A stretch of 64,000 bases of DNA. Source: Eledone cirrhosa (lineage: Eukaryota). Positions 14,301 through 27,960 of this stretch are shown piece after piece. The position numbers and the translations under genes are program-made. Position 1 is the first letter of the stretch; every line of letters begins with the position of its first letter. The notes beneath the pieces are model-generated. The model did not search any database and had not been told where the DNA came from. It saw only the letters and a program-made list of their open reading frames with translations. The stretch is taken from NCBI GenBank assembly GCA_964016885.1, contig OZ024752.1:34162001-34226000 (forward strand). Reading direction: 5' to 3'.

Positions 14301-17300
14301 GACACAGTCTATGTGTTTAATCCTTTCATTACTGTATGTCTAATGAAAGACACTGTCTATGTGGTTAGCCCTTTCATTACTGTATGTCTAATGAAAGACA
14401 CAGTCTATGTGTTTAATCCTTTCATTACTGTATGTCTAATGAAAGACACAGTCTATGTGTTTAATCCTTTCATTACTGTATGTCTAATGAAAGACACTGT
14501 TTATGTGTTTAATCCTTTCATTACTGTATGTCTAATAAAAGGGACTGTCTATGTGTTTAACCCTTTCATTACTGTATGTCTAATGAAAGACACTGTCTAT
14601 GTGTTTAACCCTTTCATTACTGTATGTCTAATGAAAGACATTGTCTATGTATTTAATCCTTTCATTACTGTATGTCTAATGAAAGACACTGTCTATGTCT
14701 TTAACCCTTTCATTACTTTATGTCTAATGAAAGACACTGTCTGTGTTTAACCCTTCCATTACTGTATGTCTAATGAAAGACATTGTCTGTGTGTTTAACC
14801 CTTTCATTACTGTATGTCTAATGAAAGACACTGTCTGTGTGTTTAACCCTTTCATTACTGTATGTCTAATGAAAGACACAGTCTATGTGTTTAATCCTTT
14901 CATTACTGTATGTCTAATGAAAGACATAGTCTATGTGTTTAACCCTTTTATTACTGTATGTCTAATGAAAGACACAGTCTATGTGTTTAACCCTTTCATT
15001 ACTGTATGTCTAATGAAAGACACAGTCTATGTGTTTAACCCTTTCATTACTGTATGTCTAATGAAAGACACTGTCTATGTGTTTAACCCTTTCATTACTG
15101 TATGTCTAATGAAAGACACAGTCTATGTGTTTAATCCTTTCATTACTGTATGTCTAATGAAAGACACAGTCTATGTGTTTAATCCTTTCATTACTGTATG
15201 TCTAATGAAAGACACTGTCTATGTGTTTAACCCTTTCATTACTGTATGTCTAATGAAAGACACAGTCTATGTATTTAATCCTTTCATTACTGTATGTCAA
15301 ATGAAAGACACTGTCTATGTCTTTAACCCTTTCATTACTGTATGTCTAATGAAAGACACTGTCTGTGTTTAACCCTTTCATTACTGTATGTCTAATGAAA
15401 GACACAGTCTATGTGTTTAATCCTTTCATTACTGTATGTCTAATGAAAGACACTGTCTATGTGTTTAATCCTTTCATTGCTGTATGTCTAATGAAAGACA
15501 CTGTCTATGTGTTTAACCCTTTCATTACTGTATGTCTATTGAAAGACACTGTCTATGTTGAATCCTTTCATTACTGTATGATTATGAAAGACACTGTTTA
15601 TGTGTTTAATCCTTTCATTATTGTATGTCTAATAAAAGGGACTGTCTATGTGTTTAACCCTTTCATTACTGTATGTCTAATGAAAGACACTGTCTATGTA
15701 TTTAATCCTTTCATTACTGTATGAATAATGAAAGACACTGTCTGTGTGTTTAACCCTTTCATTACTGTATATCTAATGAAAGACACAGTCTATGTGTTTA
15801 ATCCTTTCATTACTGTATGTCTAATGAAAGACACAGTGTATGTGTTTAACCCTTTTATTACTGTATGTCTAATGAAAGACACAGTCTATGTTTTTAACCC
15901 TTTCATTACTGTATGTCTAATGAAAGACACAGTCTATGTGTTTAATCCTTTCATTACTGTATGTCTAATGAAAGACACTGTCTATGTGGTTAGCCCTTTC
16001 ATTACTGTATGTCTAATGAAAGACACAGTCTATGTGTTTAATCCTTTCATTACTGTATGTCTAATGAAAGACACAGTCTATGTGTTTAATCCTTTCATTA
16101 CTGTATGTCTAATGAAAGACACTGTCTGTGTGTTTAACCCTTTCATTACTGTATGTCTAATGAAAGACTCAGTCTATGTGTTTAATCCTTTCATTACTGT
16201 ATGTCTAATGAAAGACACAGTCTATGTGTTTAACCCTTTTATTACTGTATGTCTAATGAAAGACACAGTCTATGTTTTTAACCCTTTCATTACTGTATGT
16301 CAAATGAAAGACACAGTCTATGTGTTTAATCCTTTCATTACTGTATGTCTAATGAAAGACACTGTCTATGTGGTTAACCCTTTCATTACTGTATGTCTAA
16401 TGAAAGACACAGTCTATGTGTTTAACCCTTTCATTACTGTATGTCTATTGAAAGACACTGTCTATGTTGAATGCTTTCATTACTGTATGTCTAATGAAAG
16501 ACACTGTTTATGTGTTTAATCCTTTCATTACTGTATGTCTAATAAAAGGGACTGTCTATGTGTTTAACCCTTTCATTACTGTATGTCTAATGAAAGACAC
16601 TGTCTATGTGTTTAACCCTTTCATTACTGTATGTCTAATGAAAGACACTGTCTATGTATTTAATCCTTTCATTACTGTATGTCAAATGAAAGACACTGTC
16701 TATGTCTTTAACCCTTTCGTTACTGTATGTCTAATGAAAGACACTGTCTGTGTGTTTAATCCTTTCATTGCTGTATGTCTAATGAAAGACACTGTCTATG
16801 TGTTTAACCCTTTCATTACTGTATGTCTATTGAAAGACACTGTCTATGTTGAATCCTTTCATTACTGTATGTCTAATGAAAGACACAGTCTATGTATTTA
16901 ATCCTTTCATTACTGTATGTCAAATGAAAGACACTGTCTATGTCTTTAACCCTTTCATTACTGTATTTCTAATGAAAGACACTGTCTGTGTTTAACCCTT
17001 TCATTACTGTATGTCTAATGAAAGACACAGTCTATGTGTTTAATCCTTTCATTACTGTATGTCTAATGAAAGACACTGTCTATGTGTTTAATCCTTTCAT
17101 TGCTGTATGTCTAATGAAAGACACTGTCTATGTGTTTAACCCTTTCATTACTGTATGTCTATTGAAAGACACTGTCTATGTTGAATCCTTTCATTACTGT
17201 ATGTCTAATGAAAGACACTGTTTATGTGTTTAATCCTTTCATTATTGTATGTCTAATAAAAGGGACTGTCTATGTGTTTAACCCTTTCATTACTGTATGT

Positions 17301-17800
17301 CTAATGAAAGACACTGTCTATGTATTTAATCCTTTCATTACTGTATGAATAATGAAAGACACTGTCTGTGTGTTTAACCCTTTCATTACTGTATGTCTAA
17401 TGAAAGACACAGTCTATGTGTTTAATCCTTTCATTACTGTATGTCTAATGAAAGACACAGTCTATGTGTTTAACCCTTTTATTACTGTATGTCTAATGAA
17501 AGACACAGTCTATGTTTTTAACCCTTTCATTACTGTATGTCTAATGAAAGACACAGTCTATGTGTTTAATCCTTTCATTACTGTATGTCTAATGAAAGAC
17601 ACTGTCTATGTGGTTAGCCCTTTCATTACTGTATGTCTAATGAAAGACACAGTCTATGTGTTTAATCCTTTCATTACTGTATGTCTAATGAAAGACACAG
17701 TCTATGTGTTTAATCCTTTCATTACTGTATGTCTAATGAAAGACACTGTCTGTGTGTTTAACCCTTTCATTACTGTATGTCTAATGAAAGACACAGTCTA
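5326..17800. repeat. Higher-order tandem duplication, period 6215 bp, inside the satellite
   Basis: Ten successive variant-defined ORFs recur at exactly +6215 (5752/11967, 6518/12733, 6948/13163 ... 11137/17352). Rare variants are shared (TTGAGAAAC, TTTAAGCC, CCAATACT, ATGATTATG). Confidence 0.93.
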
Positions 17801-20800
17801 TGTGTTTAATCCTTTCATTACTGTATGTCTAATGAAAGACACAGTCTATGTGTTTAACCCTTTTATTACTGTAAGTCTAATGAAAGACACAGTCTATGTT
17901 TTTAACCCTTTCATTACTGTATGTCTAATGAAAGACACAGTCTATGTGTTTAATCCTTTCATCACTGTATGTCTAATGAAAGACACTGTCTATGTGGTTA
18001 ACCCTTTCATTACTGTATGTCTAATGAAAGACACAGTCTATGTGTTTAATCCTTTCATTACTGTATGTCTAATGAAAGACACAGTCTATGTGTTTAATCC
18101 TTTCATTACTGTATGTCTAATGAAAGCCCTTTCATTACTGTATTTCTAATGAAAGACACTGTCTATGTGTTTAATCCTTTCATTACTGTATGTCAAATGA
18201 AAGACACTGTCTATGTCTTTAACCCTTTCATTACTGTATGTCTAATGAACGACACTGTCTGTGTTTAACCCTTTCATTACTGTATGTCTAATGAAAGACA
18301 CAGTCTATGTGTTTAATCCTTTCATTACTGTATGTCTAATGAAAGACACTGTCTATGTGTTTAATCCTTTCATTGCTGTATGTCTAATGAAAGACACTGT
18401 CTATGTGTTTAACCCTTTCATTACTGTATGTCTATTGAAAGACACTGTCTATGTTGAATCCTTTCATTACTGTATGATTATGAAAGACACTGTTTATGTG
18501 TTTAATCCTTTCATTATTGTATGTCTAATAAAAGGGACTGTCTATGTGTTTAACCCTTTCATTACTGTATGTCTAATGAAAGACACTGTCTATGTATTTA
18601 ATCCTTTCATTACTGTATGAATAATGAAAGACACTGTCTGTGTGTTTAACCCTTTCATTACTGTATATCTAATGAAAGACACAGTCTATGTGTTTAATCC
18701 TTTCATTACTGTATGTCTAATGAAAGACACAGTCTATGTGTTTAACCCTTTTATTACTGTATGTCTAATGAAAGACACAGTCTATGTTTTTAACCCTTTC
18801 ATTACTGTATGTCTAATGAAAGACACAGTCTATGTGTTTAATCCTTTCATTACTGTATGTCTAATGAAAGACACTGTCTATGTGGTTAGCCCTTTCATTA
18901 CTGTATGTCTAATGAAAGACACAGTCTATGTGTTTAATCCTTTCATTACTGTATGTCTAATGAAAGACACAGTCTATGTGTTTAATCCTTTCATTACTGT
19001 ATGTCTAATGAAAGACACTGTCTGTGTGTTTAACCCTTTCATTACTGTATGTCTAATGAAAGACTCAGTCTATGTGTTTAATCCTTTCATTACTGTATGT
19101 CTAATGAAAGACACAGTCTATGTGTTTAACCCTTTTATTACTGTATGTCTAATGAAAGACAGTCTATGTTTTTAACCCTTTCATTACTGTATGTCAAATG
19201 AAAGACACAGTCTATGTGTTTAATCCTTTCATTACTGTATGTCTAATGAAAGACACTGTCTATGTGGTTAACCCTTTCATTACTGTATGTCTAATGAAAG
19301 ACACAGTCTATGTGTTTAACCCTTTCATTACTGTATGTCTATTGAAAGACACTGTCTATGTTGAATGCTTTCATTACTGTATGTCTAATGAAAGACACTG
19401 TTTATGTGTTTAATCCTTTCATTACTGTATGTCTAATAAAAGGGACTGTCTATGTGTTTAACCCTTTCATTACTGTATGTCTAATGAAAGACACTGTCTA
19501 TGTGTTTAACCCTTTCATTACTGTATGTCTAATGAAAGACACTGTCTATGTATTTAATCCTTTCATTACTGTATGTCAAATGAAAGACACTGTCTATGTC
19601 TTTAACCCTTTCATTACTGTATGTCTAATGAAAGACACTGTCTGTGTGTTTAATCCTTTCATTGCTGTATGTCTAATGAAAGACACTGTCTATGTGTTTA
19701 ACCCTTTCATTACTGTATGTCTATTGAAAGACACTGTCTATGTTGAATCCTTTCATTACTGTATGTCTAATGAAAGACACAGTCTATGTATTTAATCCTT
19801 TCATTACTGTATGTCAAATGAAAGACACTGTCTATGTCTTTAACCCTTTCATTACTGTATTTCTAATGAAAGACACTGTCTGTGTTTAACCCTTTCATTA
19901 CTGTATGTCTAATGAAAGACACAGTCTATGTGTTTAATCCTTTCATTACTGTATGTCTAATGAAAGACACTGTCTATGTGTTTAATCCTTTCATTGCTGT
20001 ATGTCTAATGAAAGACACTGTCCATGTGTTTAACCCTTTCATTACTGTATGTCTATTGAAAGACACTGTCTATGTTGAATCCTTTCATTACTGTATGTCT
20101 AATGAAAGACACTGTTTATGTGTTTAATCCTTTCATTATTGTATGTCTAATAAAAGGGACTGTCTATGTGTTTAACCCTTTCATTACTGTATGTCTAATG
20201 AAAGACACTGTCTATGTATTTAATCCTTTCATTACTGTATGAATAATGAAAGACACTGTCTGTGTGTTTAACCCTTTCATTACTGTATGTCTAATGAAAG
20301 ACACAGTCTATGTGTTTAATCCTTTCATTACTGTATGTCTAATGAAAGACACAGTCTATGTGTTTAACCCTTTTATTACTGTATGTCTAATGAAAGACAC
20401 AGTCTATGTTTTTAACCCTTTCATTACTGTATGTCTAATGAAAGACACAGTCTATGTGTTTAATCCTTTCATTACTGTATGTCTAATGAAAGACACTGTC
20501 TATGTGGTTAGCCCTTTCATTACTGTATGTCTAATGAAAGACACAGTCTATGTGTTTAATCCTTTCATTACTGTATGTCTAATGAAAGACACAGTCTATG
20601 TGTTTAATCCTTTCATTACTGTATGTCTAATGAAAGACACTGTCTGTGTGTTTAACCCTTTCATTACTGTATGTCTAATGAAAGACACAGTCTATGTGTT
20701 TAATCCTTTCATTACTGTATGTCTAATGAAAGACACAGTCTATGTGTTTAACCCTTTTATTACTGTAAGTCTAATGAAAGACACAGTCTATGTTTTTAAC

Positions 20801-21080
20801 CCTTTCATTACTGTATGTCTAATGAAAGACACAGTCTATGTGTTTAATCCTTTCATCACTGTATGTCTAATGAAAGACACTGTCTATGTGGTTAACCCTT
20901 TCATTACTGTATGTCTAATGAAAGACACAGTCTATGTGTTTAATCCTTTCATTACTGTATGTCTAATGAAAGACACAGTCTATGTGTTTAATCCTTTCAT
21001 TACTGTATGTCTAATGAAAGCCCTTTCATTACTGTATTTCTAATGAAAGACACTGTCTATGTGTTTAATCCTTTCATTAC
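15290..21080. repeat. Higher-order tandem duplication, period 2894-2896 bp
   Basis: Markers recur at +2896 (15365/18261, 15728/18624), then at +2894 after a 2-bp loss near 19160 (16464/19358, 16988/19882, 17352/20246). Shared GTAAGTC and ATCACT variants. Confidence 0.9.
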
Positions 21081-21589
21081 TGTATGTCTAATGAAAGACA
21101 CTGTCTATGTGTTTAATCCTTTCATTGCTGTATGTCTAACGAAAGACACTGTCTATGTGTTTAACCCTTTCATTACTGTATGTCTATTGAAAGACACTGT
21201 CTATGTTGAATGCTTTCATTACTGTATGTCTAATGAAAGACACTGTTTATGTGTTTAATCCTTTCATTACTGTATGTCTAATAAAAGGGACTATCTATGT
21301 GTTTAACCCTGTCATTACTGTATGTCTAATGAAAGACATTGTCTATGTGTTTAACCCTTTCATTACTGTATGTCAAATGAAAGACACTGTCTATGTCTTT
21401 AACCCTTTCATTACTGTATGTCTAATGAAAGACACTGTCTGTGTTTAACCCTTTCATTACTGTATGTCTAATGAAAGACACAGTCTATGTGTTTAATCCT
21501 TTCATTACTGTATGTCTAATGAAAGACACTGTCTATGTGTTTAATCCTTTCATTGCTGTATGTCTAATGAAAGACACTGTCTATGTGTT

Positions 21590-24500
21590 TAACCCTTTCA
21601 TTACTGTATGTCTATTGAAAGACACTGTCTATGTTGAATCCTTTCATTACTGTATGTCTAATGAAAGACACTGTTTATGTGTTTAATCCTTTCATTACTG
21701 TATGTCTAATAAAAGGGACTGTCTATGTGTTTAACCCTTTCATTACTGTATGTCTAATGAAAGACACTGTCTATGTATTTAATCCTTTCATTACTGTATG
21801 AATAATGAAAGACACTGTCTATGTGTTTAACCCTTTCATTACTGTATGTCTAATGAAAGACACTGTCTATGTGTTTAACCCTTTCATTACTGTATGTCTA
21901 ATGAAAGACACTGTCTATGTATTTAATCCTTTCATTACTGTATGTCAAATGAAAGACACTGTCTATGTGTTTAACCCTTTCATTACTGTATGTCTATTGA
22001 AAGACACTGTCTATGTTGAATGCTTTCATTACTGTATGTCTAATGAAAGACACTGTTTATGTGTTTAATCCTTTCATTACTGTATGTCTAATAAAAGGGA
22101 CTGTCTATGTGTTTAACCCTTTCATTACTGTATGTCTAATGAAAGACACTGTCTGTGTTTAACCCTTTCATTACTGTATGTCTAATGAAAGACACAGTCT
22201 ATGTGTTTAATCCTTTCATTACTGTATGTCTAATGAAAGACATAGTCTATGTGTTTAACCCTTTTATTACTGTATGTCTAATGAAAGACACAGTCTATGT
22301 GTTTAACCCTTTCATTACTGTATGTCTAATGAAAGACACAGTCTATGTGTTTAATCCTTTCATTACTGTATGTCTAATGAAAGACACTGTCTATGTGTTT
22401 AACCCTTTCATTACTGTATGTCTAATGAAAGACACAGTCTATGTGTTTAATCCTTTCATTACTGTATGTCTAATGAAAGACACAGTCTATGTGTTTAATC
22501 CTTTCATTACTGTATGTCTAATGAAAGACACTGTCTATGTGTTTAACCCTTTCATTACTGTATGTCTAATGAAAGACACAGTCTATGTATTTAATCCTTT
22601 CATTACTGTATGTCAAATGAAAGACACTGTCTATGTCTTTAACCCTTTCATTACTGTATGTCTAATGAAAGACACTGTCTGTGTTTAACCCTTTCATTAC
22701 TGTATGTCTAATGAAAGACACAGTCTATGTGTTTAATCCTTTCATTACTGTATGTCTAATGAAAGACACTGTCTATGTGTTTAATCCTTTCATTGCTGTA
22801 TGTCTAATGAAAGACACTGTCTATGTGTTTAACCCTTTCATTACTGTATGTCTATTGAAAGACACTGTCTATGTTGAATCCTTTCATTACTGTATGTCTA
22901 ATGAAAGACACTGTTTATGTGTTTAATCCTTTCATTATTGTATGTCTAATAAAAGGGACTGTCTATGTGTTTAACCCTTTCATTACTGTATGTCTAATGA
23001 AAGACACTGTCTATGTATTTAATCCTTTCATTACTGTATGAATAATGAAAGACACTGTCTGTGTGTTTAACCCTTTCATTACTGTATGTCTAATGAAAGA
23101 CACAGTCTATGTGTTTAATCCTTTCATTACTGTATGTCTAATGAAAGACACAGTCTATGTGTTTAACCCTTTCATTACTGTATGTCTAATGAAAGACACA
23201 GTCTATGTGTTTAATCCTTTCATTACTGTATGTCTAATGAAAGACACTGTCTATGTATTTAATCCTTTCATTACTGTATGAATAATGAAAGACACTGTCT
23301 GTGTGTTTAACCCTTTCATTACTGTATGTCTAATGAAAGACACAGTCTATGTGTTTAATCCTTTCATTACTGTACGTCTAATGAAAGACACAGTCTATGT
23401 GTTTAACCCTTTTATTACTGTATGTCTAATGAAAGACACAGTCTATGTTTTTAACCCTTTCATTACTGTATGTCTAATGAAAGACACAGTCTATGTGTTT
23501 AATCCTTTCATTACTGTATGTCTAATGAAAGACACTGTCTATGTGGTTAGCCCTTTCATTACTGTATGTCTAATGAAAGACACAGTCTATGTGTTTAATC
23601 CTTTCATTACTGTATGTCTAATGAAAGACACAGTCTATGTGTTTAATCCTTTCATTACTGTATGTCTAATGAAAGACACTGTCTGTGTGTTTAACCCTTT
23701 CATTACTGTATGTCTAATGAAAGACACAGTCTATGTGTTTAATCCTTTCATTACAGTATGTCTAATGAAAGACACAGTCTATGTGTTTAACCCTTTTATT
23801 ACTGTATGTCTAATGAAAGACACAGTCTATGTTTTTAACCCTTTCATTACTGTATGTCTAATGAAAGACACAGTCTATGTGTTTAATCCTTTCATCACTG
23901 TATGTCTAATGAAAGACACTGTCTATGTGGTTAACCCTTTCATTACTGTATGTCTAATGAAAGACACAGTCTATGTATTTAATCCTTTCATTACTGTATG
24001 TCTAATGAAAGACACTGTCTATGTCTTTAACCCTTTCATTACTGTATGTCTAATGAAAGACACTGTCTGTGTTTAACCCTTTCATTACTGTATGTCTAAT
24101 GAAAGACACAGTCTATGTGTTTAATCCTTTCATTACTGTATGTCTAATGAAAGACACTGTCTATGTGTTTAATCCTTTCATTGCTGTATGTCTAATGAAA
24201 GACACTGTCTATGTGTTTAACCCTTTCATTACTGTATGTCTATTGAAAGACACTGTCTATGTTGAATCCTTTCATTACTGTATGTCTAATGAAAGACACT
24301 GTTTATGTGTTTAATCCTTTCATTATTGTATGTCTAATAAAAGGGACTGTCTATGTGTTTAACCCTTTCATTACTGTATGTCTAATGAAAGACACTGTCT
24401 ATGTATTTAATCCTTTCATTACTGTATGAATAATGAAAGACACTGTCTGTGTGTTTAACCCTTTCATTACTGTATGTCTAATGAAAGACACAGTCTATGT

Positions 24501-27500
24501 GTTTAATCCTTTCATTACTGTATGTCTAATGAAAGACACTGTCTATGTGGTTAGCCCTTTCATTACTGTATGTCTAATGAAAGACACAGTCTATGTGTTT
24601 AATCCTTTCATTACTGTATGTCTAATGAAAGACACAGTCTATGTGTTTAATCCTTTCATTACTGTATGTCTAATGAAAGACACTGTCTGTGTGTTTAACC
24701 CTTTCATTACTGTATGTCTAATGAAAGACACAGTCTATGTGTTTAATCCTTTCATTACTGTATGTCTAATGAAAGACACAGTCTATGTGTTTAACCCTTT
24801 TATTACTGTATGTCTAATGAAAGACACAGTCTATGTGTTTAATCCTTTCATTACTGTATGTCTAATGAAAGACACTGTCTATGTGGTTAACCCTTTCATT
24901 ACTGTATGTCTAATGAAAGACACAGTCTATGTATTTAATCCTTTCATTACTGTATGTCAAATGAAAGACACTGTCTATGTCTTTAACCCTTTCATTACTG
25001 TATGTCTAATGAAAGACACTGTCTGTGTTTAACCCTTTCATTACTGTATGTCTAATGAAAGACACAGTCTATGTGTTTAATCCTTTCATTACTGTATGTC
25101 TAATGAAAGACACTGTCTATGTGTTTAATCCTTTCATTGCTGTATGTCTAATGAAAGACACTGTCTATGTGTTTAACCCTTTCATTACTGTATGTCTATT
25201 GAAAGACACTGTCTATGTTGAATCCTTTCATTACTGTATGTCTAATGAAAGACACTGTTTATGTGTTTAATCCTTTCATTATTGTATGTCTAATAAAAGG
25301 GACTGTCTATGTGTTTAACCCTTTCATTACTGTATGTCTAATGAAAGACACTGTCTATGTATTTAATCCTTTCATTACTGTATGAATAATGAAAGACACT
25401 GTCTGTGTGTTTAACCCTTTCATTACTGTATGTCTAATGAAAGACACAGTCTATGTGTTTAATCCTTTCATTACTGTATGTCTAATGAAAGACACTGTCT
25501 ATGTGGTTAGCCCTTTCATTACTGTATGTCTAATGAAAGACACAGTCTATGTGTTTAACCCTTTCATTACTGTATGTCTATTGAAAGACACTGTCTATGT
25601 TGAATCCTTTCATTACTGTATGTCTAATGAAAGACACTGTTTATGTGTTTAATCCTTTCATTACTGTATGTCTAATAAAAGGGACTGTCTATGTGTTTAA
25701 CCCTTTCATTACTGTATGTCTAATGAAAGACACTGTCTATGTATTTAATCCTTTCATTACTGTATGAATAATGAAAGACACTGTCTATGTGTTTAACCCT
25801 TTCATTACTGTATGTCTAATGAAAGACACTGTCTATGTGTTTAACCCTTTCATTACTGTATGTCTAATGAAAGACACTGTCTATGTATTTAATCCTTTCA
25901 TTACTGTATGTCAAATGAAAGACACTGTCTATGTGTTTAACCCTTTCATTACTGTATGTCTATTGAAAGACACTGTCTATGTTGAATGCTTTCATTACTG
26001 TATGTCTAATGAAAGACACTGTTTATGTGTTTAATCCTTTCATTACTGTATGTCTAATAAAAGGGACTGTCTATGTGTTTAACCCTTTCATTACTGTATG
26101 TCTAATGAAAGACACTGTCTGTGTTTAACCCTTTCATTACTGTATGTCTAATGAAAGACACAGTCTATGTGTTTAATCCTTTCATTACTGTATGTCTAAT
26201 GAAAGACATAGTCTATGTGTTTAACCCTTTTATTACTGTATGTCTAATGAAAGACACAGTCTATGTGTTTAACCCTTTCATTACTGTATGTCTAATGAAA
26301 GACACAGTCTATGTGTTTAATCCTTTCATTACTGTATGTCTAATGAAAGACACTGTCTATGTGTTTAACCCTTTCATTACTGTATGTCTAATGAAAGACA
26401 CAGTCTATGTGTTTAATCCTTTCATTACTGTATGTCTAATGAAAGACACAGTCTATGTGTTTAATCCTTTCATTACTGTATGTCTAATGAAAGACACTGT
26501 CTATGTGTTTAACCCTTTCATTACTGTATGTCTAATGAAAGACACAGTCTATGTATTTAATCCTTTCATTACTGTATGTCAAATGAAAGACACTGTCTAT
26601 GTCTTTAACCCTTTCATTACTGTATGTCTAATGAAAGACACTGTCTGTGTTTAACCCTTTCATTACTGTATGTCTAATGAAAGACACAGTCTATGTGTTT
26701 AATCCTTTCATTACTGTATGTCTAATGAAAGACACTGTCTATGTGTTTAATCCTTTCATTGCTGTATGTCTAATGAAAGACACTGTCTATGTGTTTAACC
26801 CTTTCATTACTGTATGTCTATTGAAAGACACTGTCTATGTTGAATCCTTTCATTACTGTATGTCTAATGAAAGACACTGTTTATGTGTTTAATCCTTTCA
26901 TTATTGTATGTCTAATAAAAGGGACTGTCTATGTGTTTAACCCTTTCATTACTGTATGTCTAATGAAAGACACTGTCTATGTATTTAATCCTTTCATTAC
27001 TGTATGAATAATGAAAGACACTGTCTGTGTGTTTAACCCTTTCATTACTGTATGTCTAATGAAAGACACAGTCTATGTGTTTAATCCTTTCATTACTGTA
27101 TGTCTAATGAAAGACACAGTCTATGTGTTTAACCCTTTCATTACTGTATGTCTAATGAAAGACACAGTCTATGTGTTTAATCCTTTCATTACTGTATGTC
27201 TAATGAAAGACACTGTCTATGTATTTAATCCTTTCATTACTGTATGAATAATGAAAGACACTGTCTGTGTGTTTAACCCTTTCATTACTGTATGTCTAAT
27301 GAAAGACACAGTCTATGTGTTTAATCCTTTCATTACTGTATGTCTAATGAAAGACACAGTCTATGTGTTTAACCCTTTTATTACTGTATGTCTAATGAAA
27401 GACACAGTCTATGTTTTTAACCCTTTCATTACTGTATGTCTAATGAAAGACACAGTCTATGTGTTTAATCCTTTCATTACTGTATGTCTAATGAAAGACA

Positions 27501-27960
27501 CTGTCTATGTGGTTAGCCCTTTCATTACTGTATGTCTAATGAAAGACACAGTCTATGTGTTTAATCCTTTCATTACTGTATGTCTAATGAAAGACACAGT
27601 CTATGTGTTTAATCCTTTCATTACTGTATGTCTAATGAAAGACACTGTCTGTGTGTTTAACCCTTTCATTACTGTATGTCTAATGAAAGACACAGTCTAT
27701 GTGTTTAATCCTTTCATTACAGTATGTCTAATGAAAGACACAGTCTATGTGTTTAACCCTTTTATTACTGTATGTCTAATGAAAGACACAGTCTATGTTT
27801 TTAACCCTTTCATTACTGTATGTCTAATGAAAGACACAGTCTATGTGTTTAATCCTTTCATCACTGTATGTCTAATGAAAGACACTGTCTATGTGGTTAA
27901 CCCTTTCATTACTGTATGTCTAATGAAAGACACAGTCTATGTATTTAATCCTTTCATTAC
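21590..27960. repeat. Higher-order duplication: ~2.4 kb block repeated at offset 3966 bp
   Basis: 21805/25771, 22155/26121, 22681/26647, 23045/27011 and 23285/27251 all differ by 3966. Shared TTACAGTATG variant. Confidence 0.88.
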